DNA from: an uncultured Planctomycetia bacterium
GTDB taxonomy: Bacteria > Omnitrophota > Gorgyraeia > JABMRG01
Assembly (NCBI GenBank): GCA_964634945.1
Contig: CAZWMG010000003.1
Location: forward strand, 37,861 to 101,860
Direction: 5' to 3'
DNA length: 64,000 nucleotides
Translations under genes and position numbers: made by a program
The notes under the pieces: model-generated
Database searches by the model: none
The model's input: the letters and a program-made list of their open reading frames with translations, nothing else
Told to the model about the DNA's origin: nothing
In this document: positions 1 to 9,376 of the stretch, piece by piece
Numbering within the stretch: the stretch's first letter is position 1
How the letters are laid out: every line of letters starts with the position of its first letter

Positions 1-857
1 AGTTCTTTCTCTAATATACTATACCGGTCACCATGCAAAATATCTCTCTTACCGGAGTCATGAAGAAGCTCCAGGGCAAGGTCATAATGGCCATATAAAC
101 AACAAAAGGTAATAAATTTTATAACCTTAGCCGCTTTCTTTTCTTTGCTCAGATTAGCTATCTTTTCAAAAAAACGTTTTACACCAAGAAAATACAAAAA
201 ATCACCATGAACCAGTTGACCCCTCGCGCCGCAAGTCTTTGTGCCTGCGCTCCTCTTCCAGTAACATGAATCTATATCAAAAAGCTCATACCCGTCTTTT
301 CTTAGGGAGCTATCCACTTCTGCAAACAGCCCCTGGCCTTTATACTTCTCATTAAATTCCGCCTCTATTAGCAAGCCTGTGACAATACCGCTGCTTAGAA
401 TCTCTTTCGCGCCTTGGATAACCTGGAAAGCGGCTCCTTCTACATCAATCTTGATAAAATCTATCTCTTCTATTCTTTCTGCGGATATAAGATTATCTAA
501 TCTATCGGCCTTAATCTTTATCCTGTTCTTTAGCGCGTAACCATCGGTATTACCCCTTGGAAAATGAGACAGAAATTCGTAATTAGGCATGAATATGCTG
601 GATAACCCTTCACACTCTGTAACATGCAAGGTAATCTCCGCATCCTTATTATAACAGGCAGAATTAAAATAAGTGGTATTCTCATCCTTTTTTAACTCTC
701 TGTATGCATTATCCTCCGGCTCAAATCCAATAAAGCTTAGATATTCCTTAAGGACACCCCACTCTTTCTTGGGGCCTTTGCGGGCGCCAATATCGACGAT
801 ACAAAAAGGGAACCGTTTCAGGTCTTTATTAAATTTTCCTTTAAGCCTTATCTTCAT
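1..857 (-). CDS. FkbM-family SAM-dependent methyltransferase; 5' end in window, 3' end beyond the window edge
   Basis: Hand translation of the minus strand from the ATG at 857-855 gives MKIRLKGKFNKDLKRFPFCIVDIGARKGP...FIKIDVEGAAFQVIQGAKEIL...GYELFDID with no stop down to position 1. The IDVGA and KIDVEGAE motifs are typical of FkbM/Methyltransf_21. The ORF track has no entry because no stop falls in the window. Its ATG overlaps the upstream gene's TGA as ATGA. Confidence 0.5.
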   Translation of the reverse strand, partial: MKIRLKGKFNKDLKRFPFCIVDIGARKGPKKEWGVLKEYLSFIGFEPEDNAYRELKKDENTTYFNSACYNKDAEITLHVTECEGLSSIFMPNYEFLSHFPRGNTDGYALKNRIKIKADRLDNLISAERIEEIDFIKIDVEGAAFQVIQGAKEILSSGIVTGLLIEAEFNEKYKGQGLFAEVDSSLRKDGYELFDIDSCYWKRSAGTKTCGARGQLVHGDFLYFLGVKRFFEKIANLSKEKKAAKVIKFITFCCLYGHYDLALELLHDSGKRDILHGDRYSILEKE

Positions 858-2587
858 CTCTTATTCAATATCTCCGCTATTCGATTAGAGGCTGTGCCTT
901 GTAATCCATTAAGGCAAGATTCTATGGCATATCTCCAATTATCTATATGGCTCGTGTAAGAGCCATTAAGAATATTTTTTACAGAATCCATGAGAATACC
1001 CTCTGTATGTCCATCATAGAATACATTTAAGTCTCTGTATTCATCCAGTTTATACCTATTGGTCAATATTACAGGCTTCTTAAAAGCCATGCCATCTATG
1101 GCAAAGGTTGATATATTAATGATCAAAATGTCCGCTCCTTTGGCCAAAACCAAAGGATCGTAATCTCTTATGACCTTGATATTATTGATCTTTAGTTTCT
1201 TAACAAGCCTATCTATAGCTAACTTACTATTATCTCCTGGGTGAAGCTTTATAATCACCTCAATCTCCTGAAACCGGCTAAGCGCCGCAAGAGAGACCTT
1301 GAGCTTATCCCATGCGGTCTTCTCTCTCCATATATCCCTGCCCAACTCAAAAGGGTAAGAAGCGATTAGAACGATAGGCCTGGAAGGTAGAAGGCCTAAA
1401 TCCTTAGATATCTTTGACTTCATCGCTTGGTCTGATCTTTTTAAGTACTTATCATATTTTGAACAACCTACAACGATCATTCTTTTCTCTTCTATGCCCC
1501 ACTCTGCTAAACGCTTTTTATAGAGATCGCCCCAAACCAGCATATAATCAGCAATTAATGGCATTACCGTAATCTTGTGAAATGGATCGCCATGAGAATT
1601 GACATAAGACCTGCAGTTATACTGCTTTGAGACCTGAACAAATAAATTTTTATAGACTGCCCTGTCTTCATCCACTAATAAAGATCTCGGCTTAGCCTCT
1701 TGGAATAAAAGATGCGCCTGCTCAACCTTCTCAAGAAGGTCTGTCAGCTCTTCCTGCCAAAGACCGGCTATATGTTTTCTGAGATAAGGCGCAAGATCCT
1801 TTCCATCTATTACTAGAGGCTTAGAGGATTTATCCATCTTACTTATAAAGTCGCGTGTCGCCTTTAATATCTCTGCTTTTTTAACCTTTGCAATCGCATA
1901 ATCTGAAAATAGCTTTAATCTCACGCGCTTTTTTATAAAATACGGGATTAAGCGGGGAGGCAGCTTTTCTCTTAAACAGATAATCTCCCTGCTATCAATA
2001 TGGTCAAAGAGCGTGGGAATCTTTTGCAAATCAGAATAAACCAATATACCGGCACCTTTAGAGGCACAAAAGAGATTTGATAGCCTCCTTAAAGAATCGA
2101 ACAAGTACATTGTAAATGACGGCCTCTTACTTGCGCCGGTAACAGCATCCGGCTTTTCTGCATTAGAACCATTAAAATATTTTAAAGAGGCATCGGAAGA
2201 TACAAAGTCGGATATAAAAAAATCCAAATACGGGCATCTTAATTTTGCACCTGCAATATTTTGTGATATCCATAGCTCCTGCGGAGACTCCTTGTTTATA
2301 ACCTGTTTAACCGCATGCGCCTTCTGGGTAATATTGAAAGTAAAATCAAATATTCTTTTCCCATAGGCCTGCAGGATATCCACATCATGATATAAAAAAG
2401 TTTTATCTGCAATATGCTCCTTTAACCATAAATCAAATTTTAAATAGACCTCATCATATATCTCGCGAAGTTCGCTTAAAACTAAATACTCATTTATATG
2501 AGTATGATCATCGTATTGAAAGCTTATAACCTTATCAAGCTCTGAAAAATCTATATTCTCTTTTTTTTCGATCAATGCTATCTTCAT
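854..2587 (-). CDS. CDP-glycerol/polyol-phosphate glycerophosphotransferase family protein (TagB/TagF-like, Glyphos_transf)
   Basis: 577 aa. The C-terminal segment ADILIINISTFAIDGMAFKKPVILTNRYKLDEYRDLNVFYD parallels the TagF signature SDILITDYSSVFFDF...KPMLFF.PDLEEYRD...FYFD. Confidence 0.5.
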   Translation of the reverse strand: MKIALIEKKENIDFSELDKVISFQYDDHTHINEYLVLSELREIYDEVYLKFDLWLKEHIADKTFLYHDVDILQAYGKRIFDFTFNITQKAHAVKQVINKESPQELWISQNIAGAKLRCPYLDFFISDFVSSDASLKYFNGSNAEKPDAVTGASKRPSFTMYLFDSLRRLSNLFCASKGAGILVYSDLQKIPTLFDHIDSREIICLREKLPPRLIPYFIKKRVRLKLFSDYAIAKVKKAEILKATRDFISKMDKSSKPLVIDGKDLAPYLRKHIAGLWQEELTDLLEKVEQAHLLFQEAKPRSLLVDEDRAVYKNLFVQVSKQYNCRSYVNSHGDPFHKITVMPLIADYMLVWGDLYKKRLAEWGIEEKRMIVVGCSKYDKYLKRSDQAMKSKISKDLGLLPSRPIVLIASYPFELGRDIWREKTAWDKLKVSLAALSRFQEIEVIIKLHPGDNSKLAIDRLVKKLKINNIKVIRDYDPLVLAKGADILIINISTFAIDGMAFKKPVILTNRYKLDEYRDLNVFYDGHTEGILMDSVKNILNGSYTSHIDNWRYAIESCLNGLQGTASNRIAEILNKR

Positions 2588-2588
2588 A

Positions 2589-3512
2589 TTATCCTACAGT
2601 CCAGTTGCGTGGATCAAACCAATGAGTATCATCGAGACCTAAATTTAATAATCGCCTAAAAATATCATCCGGTAATGGGGCTTCTTTTTCAGCCTCTAAT
2701 ATAGACTCGAGGTGCTCCAATGACTTTGTCCCTACAAGCGTAGAATGGATACCTTCTGTTGAAATACAAAATCTAAGAGCAAGCTTACTCAAGCTGTTCC
2801 AGCTCTTCAGTCCCATCTCTGTCTTAATCCTCTTTGCCGCATTCTTTAAAAACTCATACTCTTGGCCTAAAGATTCTACTTTTTTTGTCAATACACCCTT
2901 AAAATACGCGGAGCGGCTTAAAATTCCCATTCCTTGTCTTTTTGCTTCAGGCATAACCCCTTTTGATATCCTTTGATCGAGTATATTATAGGGCACCTGT
3001 AGCAGATCGAAACATCCAGCCTCAATAGCTGCCATCGCCTCCTCAGGTTTATGGAGAGTTGCCCCTAAAAATCTGATTAGCCCCTCTTCGCGAAGCTTGA
3101 CCAAAACTTTCGATATATCGCATCTTTTAATCACGTCGACTGTAACATTATGAATCTGCACGATATCAAGGCTATCCCGCTTTAACCTATTAAGGCTCCT
3201 CTCAACAGAATTCCTAACATACTTAGAAATATCTTTTTCATCGCGGCCAACGTTAACCTTGGTCGCGATATAACATGGCCTTGAGCCGATAAAAGAACCT
3301 ATAAGCTCTTCGCTTTCTCCGTAATCAGGGGCTGTATCGAATAAATTAATACCCCTTTCAAGGGCTGTATCGATTATATATTTTACTCTTGTTTTATCCG
3401 GCTTATTATTACTCCCAAGAGGGCCGATGCCATAATCCATTCCCAGCTCAACGGTACCGAGTGCGATACAAGATACCTTTAATCCTGTGCTGCCTAATTC
3501 TCTATATCTCAT
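2589..3512 (-). CDS. aldo/keto reductase family oxidoreductase
   Basis: 307 aa. MRYRELGSTGLKVSCIALGT..YG, then GINLFDTAPDYG, then IATKV: a canonical AKR layout. Confidence 0.8.
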   Translation of the reverse strand: MRYRELGSTGLKVSCIALGTVELGMDYGIGPLGSNNKPDKTRVKYIIDTALERGINLFDTAPDYGESEELIGSFIGSRPCYIATKVNVGRDEKDISKYVRNSVERSLNRLKRDSLDIVQIHNVTVDVIKRCDISKVLVKLREEGLIRFLGATLHKPEEAMAAIEAGCFDLLQVPYNILDQRISKGVMPEAKRQGMGILSRSAYFKGVLTKKVESLGQEYEFLKNAAKRIKTEMGLKSWNSLSKLALRFCISTEGIHSTLVGTKSLEHLESILEAEKEAPLPDDIFRRLLNLGLDDTHWFDPRNWTVG

Positions 3513-4260
3513 TTTTATATGCCGTGCGCCATCCCCATTTAAGGTCTGTATTCATTTTACTAATTTTCGGGCCACTCTTTAAAAACTCTATTATATCTTC
3601 CATTGTAAATAACGGATTCTCATGATAAAGATTCTTTAGGATTAATTTTACAATTTCAAAATCATTAGGGTAATCCACTGCCAAGCGGTATTTAGAAAGG
3701 TCAACTTCTAAATCTACTCTGAAGAGAGAAAACTTATTAGGGTTTTTCCATAAGTGAAATGTCACATGCTCACGCTGGTCAGGATCCTTCTCATCATGCC
3801 AGGCCCTTTCAAGCGCGTTGAAGGAGAATACCTCCACATCCATTCCAATAGGAAATGTCCATTTTGGCGGCGTGGTATTGGCAACATAGTCATAATCACC
3901 CTTTATATAAACAGAGACTAAAGAATCTATTATCTTAGGATCGATTAAAGGACAATCTGCCGTAAGCCTTACGATTCTCTCTAATTTAAATTGCCTTGCT
4001 GCCTGATAATACCTATCCAGCACATCTTCATGATTTCCTCTATAGCAGGCGACATTCTTTTCTTTACATAATTTCGCTATAGGGTCATCCATGGGTTCGG
4101 TACTCGTAGCGACAATAACCTTGCCGATACTCTTTGCGGCAGCTACTCTTTCAAGCAGATAGCAGATAAGCGGCTTACCCTCTACCTCGAGCAATACCTT
4201 TCCCGGAAGCCTTGCTGAGCCCATCCTTGCCTGTATTATCGCTGTTGTCTCTATATCCAT
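3502..4260 (-). CDS. acylneuraminate cytidylyltransferase-family protein (SpsF/PseF-like, CTP_transf_3)
   Basis: 252 aa. N-terminal IIQARMGSARLPGKVL is the cytidylyltransferase P-loop-like motif seen in SpsF, PseF and NeuA. Confidence 0.7.
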   Translation of the reverse strand: MDIETTAIIQARMGSARLPGKVLLEVEGKPLICYLLERVAAAKSIGKVIVATSTEPMDDPIAKLCKEKNVACYRGNHEDVLDRYYQAARQFKLERIVRLTADCPLIDPKIIDSLVSVYIKGDYDYVANTTPPKWTFPIGMDVEVFSFNALERAWHDEKDPDQREHVTFHLWKNPNKFSLFRVDLEVDLSKYRLAVDYPNDFEIVKLILKNLYHENPLFTMEDIIEFLKSGPKISKMNTDLKWGWRTAYKNEI

Positions 4261-5339
4261 TTATGATACCAAAGCTCTGTTGTCTTAGTAATAAAACCCG
4301 CGCGTTGATAAAAACGTTGCGCGATATAATTTCTGCCCTGAGTTACCACGCAGACTTTCTTGATGCCCTTATCAATTAATCTATTAAATACAAAACAGAG
4401 CATCTTTCTTCCTAAGCCTTTGCCCTGGGATTTATTGGAGAATCCAATTAATCCGATATCAGCAACTTTTGAGGGATGATATCTCAATGTACAGAAACCT
4501 AAAGGAGTCTTCTTATCATAAAGGCATAAGCACTCATCATCATACTGTCCCTGGACAGCCTTCTCTACCCACCCTTGATAGAACTCACTAACCTTCTGCT
4601 TATCAAAATTCTCATCAAAATAATATCTACTATCTTTGTATAAGACTTTCGCTATCTCTCTTAAGCCTGAAATGTCCGCATCCTTTGCTAATCCAAGTTT
4701 CATGCCAGGGGCTAAATCTACGCTACTTTTTTCGTCTAGTCCCTTTTCAAAGGTCAACCTGATATCCGCGAAGAGGAAACCTTCCTCTGTTGCCTTTTTA
4801 ACGCTCCTGTTATCATGACAATTGCAAAGGTATTTTACCACTCTGATATCGTTGGCCTTAATAAACCTACTCGTTCTAAAAACAATACTATCTGTCAGGT
4901 ATCTGCATGCCATATAAGCGACAGGAAAACCCCAAAATTGAGAATCCCATTCAAGCCTCTTAATTAGATTCGTAATCTCGTCAAATCTCTCATTAAAATC
5001 TCTATTATCAATAAAAGAATATTCCGGGCCCGTGAAATACCTATTCCCGCCCCTATTCTTATGATCTATGACTATATCGGCATGTTCGAGATAATCGGAT
5101 AACCTATCAATAGTTATGGTTACTATCTTCAGTGCCTTTAATACCCGGTATAATTCCAAGCTAAGGCCGTTGGAAATAACTACGTCGATCTCTTTATCTA
5201 TTAAGAGATCTCGCGAGATCTCTTTGATATCAACCTGCATCACCTTATCAGGCCTCTTCTCCAATAATCCGGAAGATGCCTTAAGCTCTTTTAAATAATC
5301 CGCATCCGCGTTGTCCTGAAACACAAAGAGTCTCTTCAT
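4251..5339 (-). CDS. GNAT N-acetyltransferase (C-terminal domain) fused to an N-terminal domain of unknown function, possibly PseG-like
   Basis: 362 aa. The C-terminal FSNKSQGKGLGRKMLCFVFNRLIDKGIKKV...QRFYQRAGF contains the GNAT Q/RxxGxG/A acetyl-CoA motif. The N-terminal roughly 180 aa has no motif I can name. Confidence 0.5.
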   Translation of the reverse strand: MKRLFVFQDNADADYLKELKASSGLLEKRPDKVMQVDIKEISRDLLIDKEIDVVISNGLSLELYRVLKALKIVTITIDRLSDYLEHADIVIDHKNRGGNRYFTGPEYSFIDNRDFNERFDEITNLIKRLEWDSQFWGFPVAYMACRYLTDSIVFRTSRFIKANDIRVVKYLCNCHDNRSVKKATEEGFLFADIRLTFEKGLDEKSSVDLAPGMKLGLAKDADISGLREIAKVLYKDSRYYFDENFDKQKVSEFYQGWVEKAVQGQYDDECLCLYDKKTPLGFCTLRYHPSKVADIGLIGFSNKSQGKGLGRKMLCFVFNRLIDKGIKKVCVVTQGRNYIAQRFYQRAGFITKTTELWYHKWI

Positions 5340-5340
5340 C

Positions 5341-6177
5341 TTAAATATTATTAGACCTCCTAAAGGCCATGCAGGGCTGCTGTGCCTGGGTTATGCCCAC
5401 TATACCATCTCCCAATACCTTTTCAAGGCCTCTTACCTCTCTTACCATCTGCGTTAATTGCTTTTCTGTTATAGATACCGGGGAATCAACACATTCCATC
5501 TCTTGTGATATCTTATAGTGTTTTTCTATTACCTGCGCTCCTGCCGCTACCGCGAGAAAAGGAACCCTTATATCTGAAGTGTGATCTGACTGCCCTATAA
5601 CACAATCAAAATTCTTACCAAGTGTACGTATAGCCGCCAAATTAGCGTCTTCCTCCTTTGTGGGATAAGCTGATATACAATGAAGTAAGGTTATCCGTGA
5701 TGTTTCTTTCTTTAATATGTCATAAGCCTGCCTAATTTCATTTAAATCTGACATTCCAACAGAGAGTATAACAGGCTTTAAAGTAGAGGCTATTCTTTGT
5801 AAAAATTTAAGATTTGTAACGTCAAACGAGGCGATTTTGTACAACTCTATGTTAATGCTCTCCAAATAGTCAACACTCTCATCATCAAAGGGCGTAGAGA
5901 AAAAACCGATATCGCGCCTTGAGGAATAATCCTTAAGCTCTTTAAAGGCATTAAACTTAAGCTCACATTTTTTTAAAATATCGAAAATAGGAGAATCCTT
6001 GGAAACTCTTTTTTCAGTAATATATGTTTGAAATTTCACGGCATCCGCTCCTGTAAGAGCCGCTGAATCTATTAATCTTTTCGCTAGTTTAATATCACCA
6101 CCATGATTAAGGCCTATCTCAGCAATAATATAGACGTTATTATCTGTATCAAGCCCATACTCCTTAAGTTTTTTCAT
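5341..6177 (-). CDS. N-acetylneuraminate/pseudaminate synthase family protein (NeuB/PseI/SpsE-like), short form lacking the SAF domain
   Basis: 278 aa. YIIAEIGLNHGGDIKLAKRLID..GADAVKFQTY is the NeuB-family TIM-barrel N-terminal signature. About 60 aa shorter than typical NeuB, so the C-terminal SAF/antifreeze-like domain is apparently absent. Confidence 0.7.
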   Translation of the reverse strand: MKKLKEYGLDTDNNVYIIAEIGLNHGGDIKLAKRLIDSAALTGADAVKFQTYITEKRVSKDSPIFDILKKCELKFNAFKELKDYSSRRDIGFFSTPFDDESVDYLESINIELYKIASFDVTNLKFLQRIASTLKPVILSVGMSDLNEIRQAYDILKKETSRITLLHCISAYPTKEEDANLAAIRTLGKNFDCVIGQSDHTSDIRVPFLAVAAGAQVIEKHYKISQEMECVDSPVSITEKQLTQMVREVRGLEKVLGDGIVGITQAQQPCMAFRRSNNI

Positions 6178-6366
6178 TTTTTACCTCATCTAAATTAGGC
6201 GCTTCGGCCGTTCGCGGAGCTCTTGGAACTTCCTCAGACATTTCGTCTTCTGCCGCGCAGTTTATTTTGTATCGCGTATTGCGTTGTGCGTATTGTGAAC
6301 GCAGTGAAGCAATCTTAGCGCTTGGGATTGCTTCGGCTTCGCCTCGCAAAGACAGTAGCATATAAA
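6178..6366. other. GC-rich structured intergenic element (candidate small RNA, processing site or MITE-like insert)
   Basis: About 185 bp with clearly higher GC than its surroundings, in a locus where neighbouring genes abut or overlap. It has a perfect 9-bp inverted repeat GAAGCAATC(11 nt)GATTGCTTC at 6306-6334. It has two GCTTCGGC units, which are C(UUCG)G tetraloop-type hairpins on the plus-strand RNA. It also has direct GCGTATTG repeats. The 65-aa ORF predicted here (6164-6361) has no recognisable features. Confidence 0.3.
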
Positions 6367-7140
6367 CTACCAGCAGCTATAACCACCATCTATCGCGATA
6401 TTTTGACCTGTTGTATAGCTGGAAGCATCGCAGGAAAGGTAAAAAATTCCCCCTACGATTTCGCAAGCCTTGGCCATGCGGCCCATCGGACAGCGGTATG
6501 AATAATTTTTAATAAAATCCTCGCCCTGAGGAGCTTCAGGATTAAAAATCCCTCCGGGTGATATACAATTTACACGGATATTATATTCTGCCAAATGAAC
6601 CGCGAAATATTTTGTCATCTGAATAATCCCTGCCTTTGAGGCGCCATAAATTTCAGAATTCTTCCTATCGCAATCCGTGTACACACGGGGATCAGGGCTG
6701 GTTATGCCATAGATAGACGCGATGTTAACAATATTTCCTTTATGTTTTTTCTCTTTCGCATACTTAGCATATGTCTGAATGCAAAAAAATGTGCCTTTTA
6801 AATTAACATCCATGACAGCGTCGAAAGACTCCTCCAACCTCTCCTGGAATGGTTCAAATACACTTGCGCCGGCATTATTGATCAATATATCAAGCCTGCC
6901 AAACTTAGAGTAAATATGCGCGAAGGCATCCTCGACTGATCTCTTATCTGTAATATCCATTACCAGGTATTCAGCGTTAGGTGAGGCTATCTCCATTTTT
7001 GCGTTTGGCTCTTTATCTGTCGCGACTACCTGAGCTCCTGCCTCAAGATATGCCTTACATATCTCTTTTCCCAGCTGGCCAACAGCGCCTGTGACCAAGA
7101 CAGTCTTCTTCTTAACATTAAACAGCTCGCTTAAATTCAT
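6367..7140 (-). CDS. SDR-family short-chain dehydrogenase/reductase
   Basis: 257 aa. TGAVGQLGKEI Rossmann motif, NNAG, the YGASKAG catalytic YxxxK, and IRVNCISPGGI. Confidence 0.85.
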   Translation of the reverse strand: MNLSELFNVKKKTVLVTGAVGQLGKEICKAYLEAGAQVVATDKEPNAKMEIASPNAEYLVMDITDKRSVEDAFAHIYSKFGRLDILINNAGASVFEPFQERLEESFDAVMDVNLKGTFFCIQTYAKYAKEKKHKGNIVNIASIYGITSPDPRVYTDCDRKNSEIYGASKAGIIQMTKYFAVHLAEYNIRVNCISPGGIFNPEAPQGEDFIKNYSYRCPMGRMAKACEIVGGIFYLSCDASSYTTGQNIAIDGGYSCW

Positions 7141-7909
7141 TACACAGCTCCTTATATTGTTCTAAGAGATGGATTAGACGGACATTATCTTTGTAATACT
7201 CAATAGTAATATATTTAGGGGAAAATTTACGCGCAAGCGCCTCTATCTCCTGAAAGATCTGCATATCCGGCAGATCATGCGCGTCATAAGATAAATCCTT
7301 ATCATTTATAGCCTCTTTGCTTATATGAATCTGGACCAACTTGCCTAATGGCAAGGCTGTAATATATTCACGATAAGATAATTTTTTGTTATAAGATGTA
7401 ATCTTCGCGTGAGCTATGTCAAAAAGAAACAATATCTTGTTGCTAACTACTATCTCGTTTATAAAATCGGCATCTGTAACATAGCCATAAGCCTCTGTCG
7501 GATAATAGTTATTATTCTCTACAGCTATATCAATGGCCCTCTCTTTTATAAGAGCTTTCAGCCAGGATATGTTCTCTGCCGCGTTATTCAGCATCTCGTC
7601 TCGCGAAAAGACCTTTCCTCCGGTCCGAAACATGCCATCCTCTAAAACAGGCTTACTGCACGCGGCCAATATATGAAAGCTTATCAGTCTTAACTCCTTT
7701 TTAAGCTCCAGGGCCCTGCGAACAGTATCTTTTTCTCTATCGCTCCAACAAGCGACGATACTATTTTCAAAGTGAAAGAGAGATTGCCCTTCAAGATCAC
7801 TTTCAATAGTGGTTTCACGGCATTCTAAGCAGTCGCTAAGAGAAATAATCTTAGCGCAAGCCTCTTTATCCTCAAATAGCGTTGAGATCGGTGTCGCTAA
7901 TTCAATCAT
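7118..7909 (-). CDS. hypothetical protein, possibly a TIM-barrel sugar-phosphate isomerase/epimerase-like fold
   Basis: 263 aa with no clear motif. It shows alternating beta/alpha-like segments (DIAVENNNYY, FLFDIAHA, VQIHIS, YITIEY). It sits inside the nonulosonic-acid module, overlapping the upstream gene by 4 bp and the downstream gene by about 23 bp. Confidence 0.3.
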   Translation of the reverse strand: MIELATPISTLFEDKEACAKIISLSDCLECRETTIESDLEGQSLFHFENSIVACWSDREKDTVRRALELKKELRLISFHILAACSKPVLEDGMFRTGGKVFSRDEMLNNAAENISWLKALIKERAIDIAVENNNYYPTEAYGYVTDADFINEIVVSNKILFLFDIAHAKITSYNKKLSYREYITALPLGKLVQIHISKEAINDKDLSYDAHDLPDMQIFQEIEALARKFSPKYITIEYYKDNVRLIHLLEQYKELCNEFKRAV

Positions 7910-9081
7910 AGCCCAAGCACCTTTTTGACTGCTCTTATTACATCGTCAACGTCATTATCATCCATCTTTGGGGAGAGTGGTAGACTCACGGTCTGCTGAC
8001 CTATGAAACAGGCGTTAGGATAATCCTGAGTTCTCCACTTAAAATGCTCTCTGTAAAAAGGGTGTTCAGGGATACTTTGATAATGTACCCCCAACCCTAT
8101 ATTGTTTTTATGCATAGCCAGTAAAAAATCATCTCTATCAATACCCGTTTTTGCCTTATCTACTAAAACAGGGAATAGATGATACGCATGGCGCATATTC
8201 TCGGTAACACTTGTTGGTAATATTAAAGGCGTATCTTTTAGTGAATTATAATATTTTTTCCAGATTTTCTCTCTTCTCTTCCAGTTCTCTTCTACTCTCT
8301 TAAGCTGGTGTATGCCTATAGCTGCCTGAATATCCATCATATTATATTTAAATCCCGGGTGGACTACTTTATAATGTTTATACCCATCATCAGAAAATCG
8401 TTTCCACGCGTCCTGGCTCATACCATGTAATCCAAGGACCTTTATCATGTCAGCGTCCTTCTTCTGTTTCGCTACAACCATTCCGCCTTCACCTGTAACA
8501 ACATTCTTTGTTACATAAAAACTAAAGCACCCAAAATCACCAAAAGTTCCGATAGGCTTACCATTATATTCAGTCTCAATGGCGTGCGCGCAGTCTTCTA
8601 TTACCTTAAGTTTATGCTTATTAGCTATTTGCATTATTTTATCCATATCACAAGGATGCCCTGCGAAGTGTACAGGCAGTATCGCCTTTGTCTTTTTGCT
8701 AATCTTGGATACAATCTGTTCAGGATCGATACAATGCGTATCTTTATCGCAATCCACCAAAACCGGGGTAGCTCCACTATGTATAATAGCGTTTATAGTG
8801 GCACAGAACGTCATAGCTGTGGTAATAACCTCATCACCGGGCCCGATCCCGGTCGCCAGCATACTCAAATGTAGTGCCGCGGTACATGAATTTAGAGCAA
8901 TCGCAAAAGGGGCCTTTTTATACACCTTAAAGGCCTCTTCAAACTGTTGGACTTTTGGCCCGGTTCCAAGCCAACCTGCTTTTAAAGAGTCTACTACCTC
9001 ATTAATCTCATCCTCGCCGATCGAAGGACTTCCAAAAACAAGAAATCGATCTCTTGATCTAATTAAAGCTTTATTCTTCAT
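7906..9081 (-). CDS. DegT/DnrJ/EryC1/StrS-family PLP-dependent sugar aminotransferase (PseC/SpsC-like)
   Basis: 391 aa. The start matches the family consensus (FLVFGSPSIGEDEINEVVDSLKAGWLGTGPKVQQFEEAF). An internal lysine region and the length are consistent. Confidence 0.85.
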   Translation of the reverse strand: MKNKALIRSRDRFLVFGSPSIGEDEINEVVDSLKAGWLGTGPKVQQFEEAFKVYKKAPFAIALNSCTAALHLSMLATGIGPGDEVITTAMTFCATINAIIHSGATPVLVDCDKDTHCIDPEQIVSKISKKTKAILPVHFAGHPCDMDKIMQIANKHKLKVIEDCAHAIETEYNGKPIGTFGDFGCFSFYVTKNVVTGEGGMVVAKQKKDADMIKVLGLHGMSQDAWKRFSDDGYKHYKVVHPGFKYNMMDIQAAIGIHQLKRVEENWKRREKIWKKYYNSLKDTPLILPTSVTENMRHAYHLFPVLVDKAKTGIDRDDFLLAMHKNNIGLGVHYQSIPEHPFYREHFKWRTQDYPNACFIGQQTVSLPLSPKMDDNDVDDVIRAVKKVLGL

Positions 9082-9106
9082 GATAAACTCTTTTTGTAAT
9101 AACCCA

Positions 9107-9364
9107 TTACAGCTGATCTATATCCTTGTGGAGCCAGTCTCTGCCCTTACTATAAATCTTGCCTGCTTTATCCTCCAACTCAGGAGAGAGAAGGCGTAAA
9201 AGCTCTTTTCCTAAGATACGATACTGTTTACCTACCTTTGCGGTACGTATAATACCCTTTTTGATCAGTCGCATAGTTGTAGATGGGCTCACCTTAAGAA
9301 GTTTTTGAGCTTCCTGTGTAGTATAAACCTCATTTGGATTTATCTCCATTGCCATCTTCTCCAT
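9107..9364 (-). CDS. small helix-turn-helix DNA-binding protein (excisionase/MerR-type HTH)
   Basis: 85 aa. VYTTQEAQKLLKVSPSTTMRLIKKGIIRTAKVGKQYRILGKELLRLL matches the excisionase-family HTH pattern. The true start may be the third Met (MEINPNE), which has a GGAG about 9 nt upstream. Confidence 0.65.
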   Translation of the reverse strand: MEKMAMEINPNEVYTTQEAQKLLKVSPSTTMRLIKKGIIRTAKVGKQYRILGKELLRLLSPELEDKAGKIYSKGRDWLHKDIDQL

Positions 9365-9376
9365 TTTTTGCTGATA

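Noticed and set aside
673-888. 71-aa plus-strand ORF
   Set aside because: Overlaps the minus-strand FkbM methyltransferase reading frame and the TagF-like gene end. No support.
6164-6361. 65-aa minus-strand ORF in the GC-rich island
   Set aside because: Ala/Arg/Glu-rich composition unlike any other protein in the window. No ribosome-binding site or motif. The region looks like structured non-coding sequence (inverted repeat, UUCG-type hairpins) rather than coding.
8579-9199. 206-aa plus-strand ORF (and the nested 96-aa ORF at 8584-8874)
   Set aside because: It is entirely antisense to the well-supported DegT aminotransferase gene. The composition is Cys/Ser/Ile-rich and low-complexity with no motif. 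It is a typical shadow ORF.
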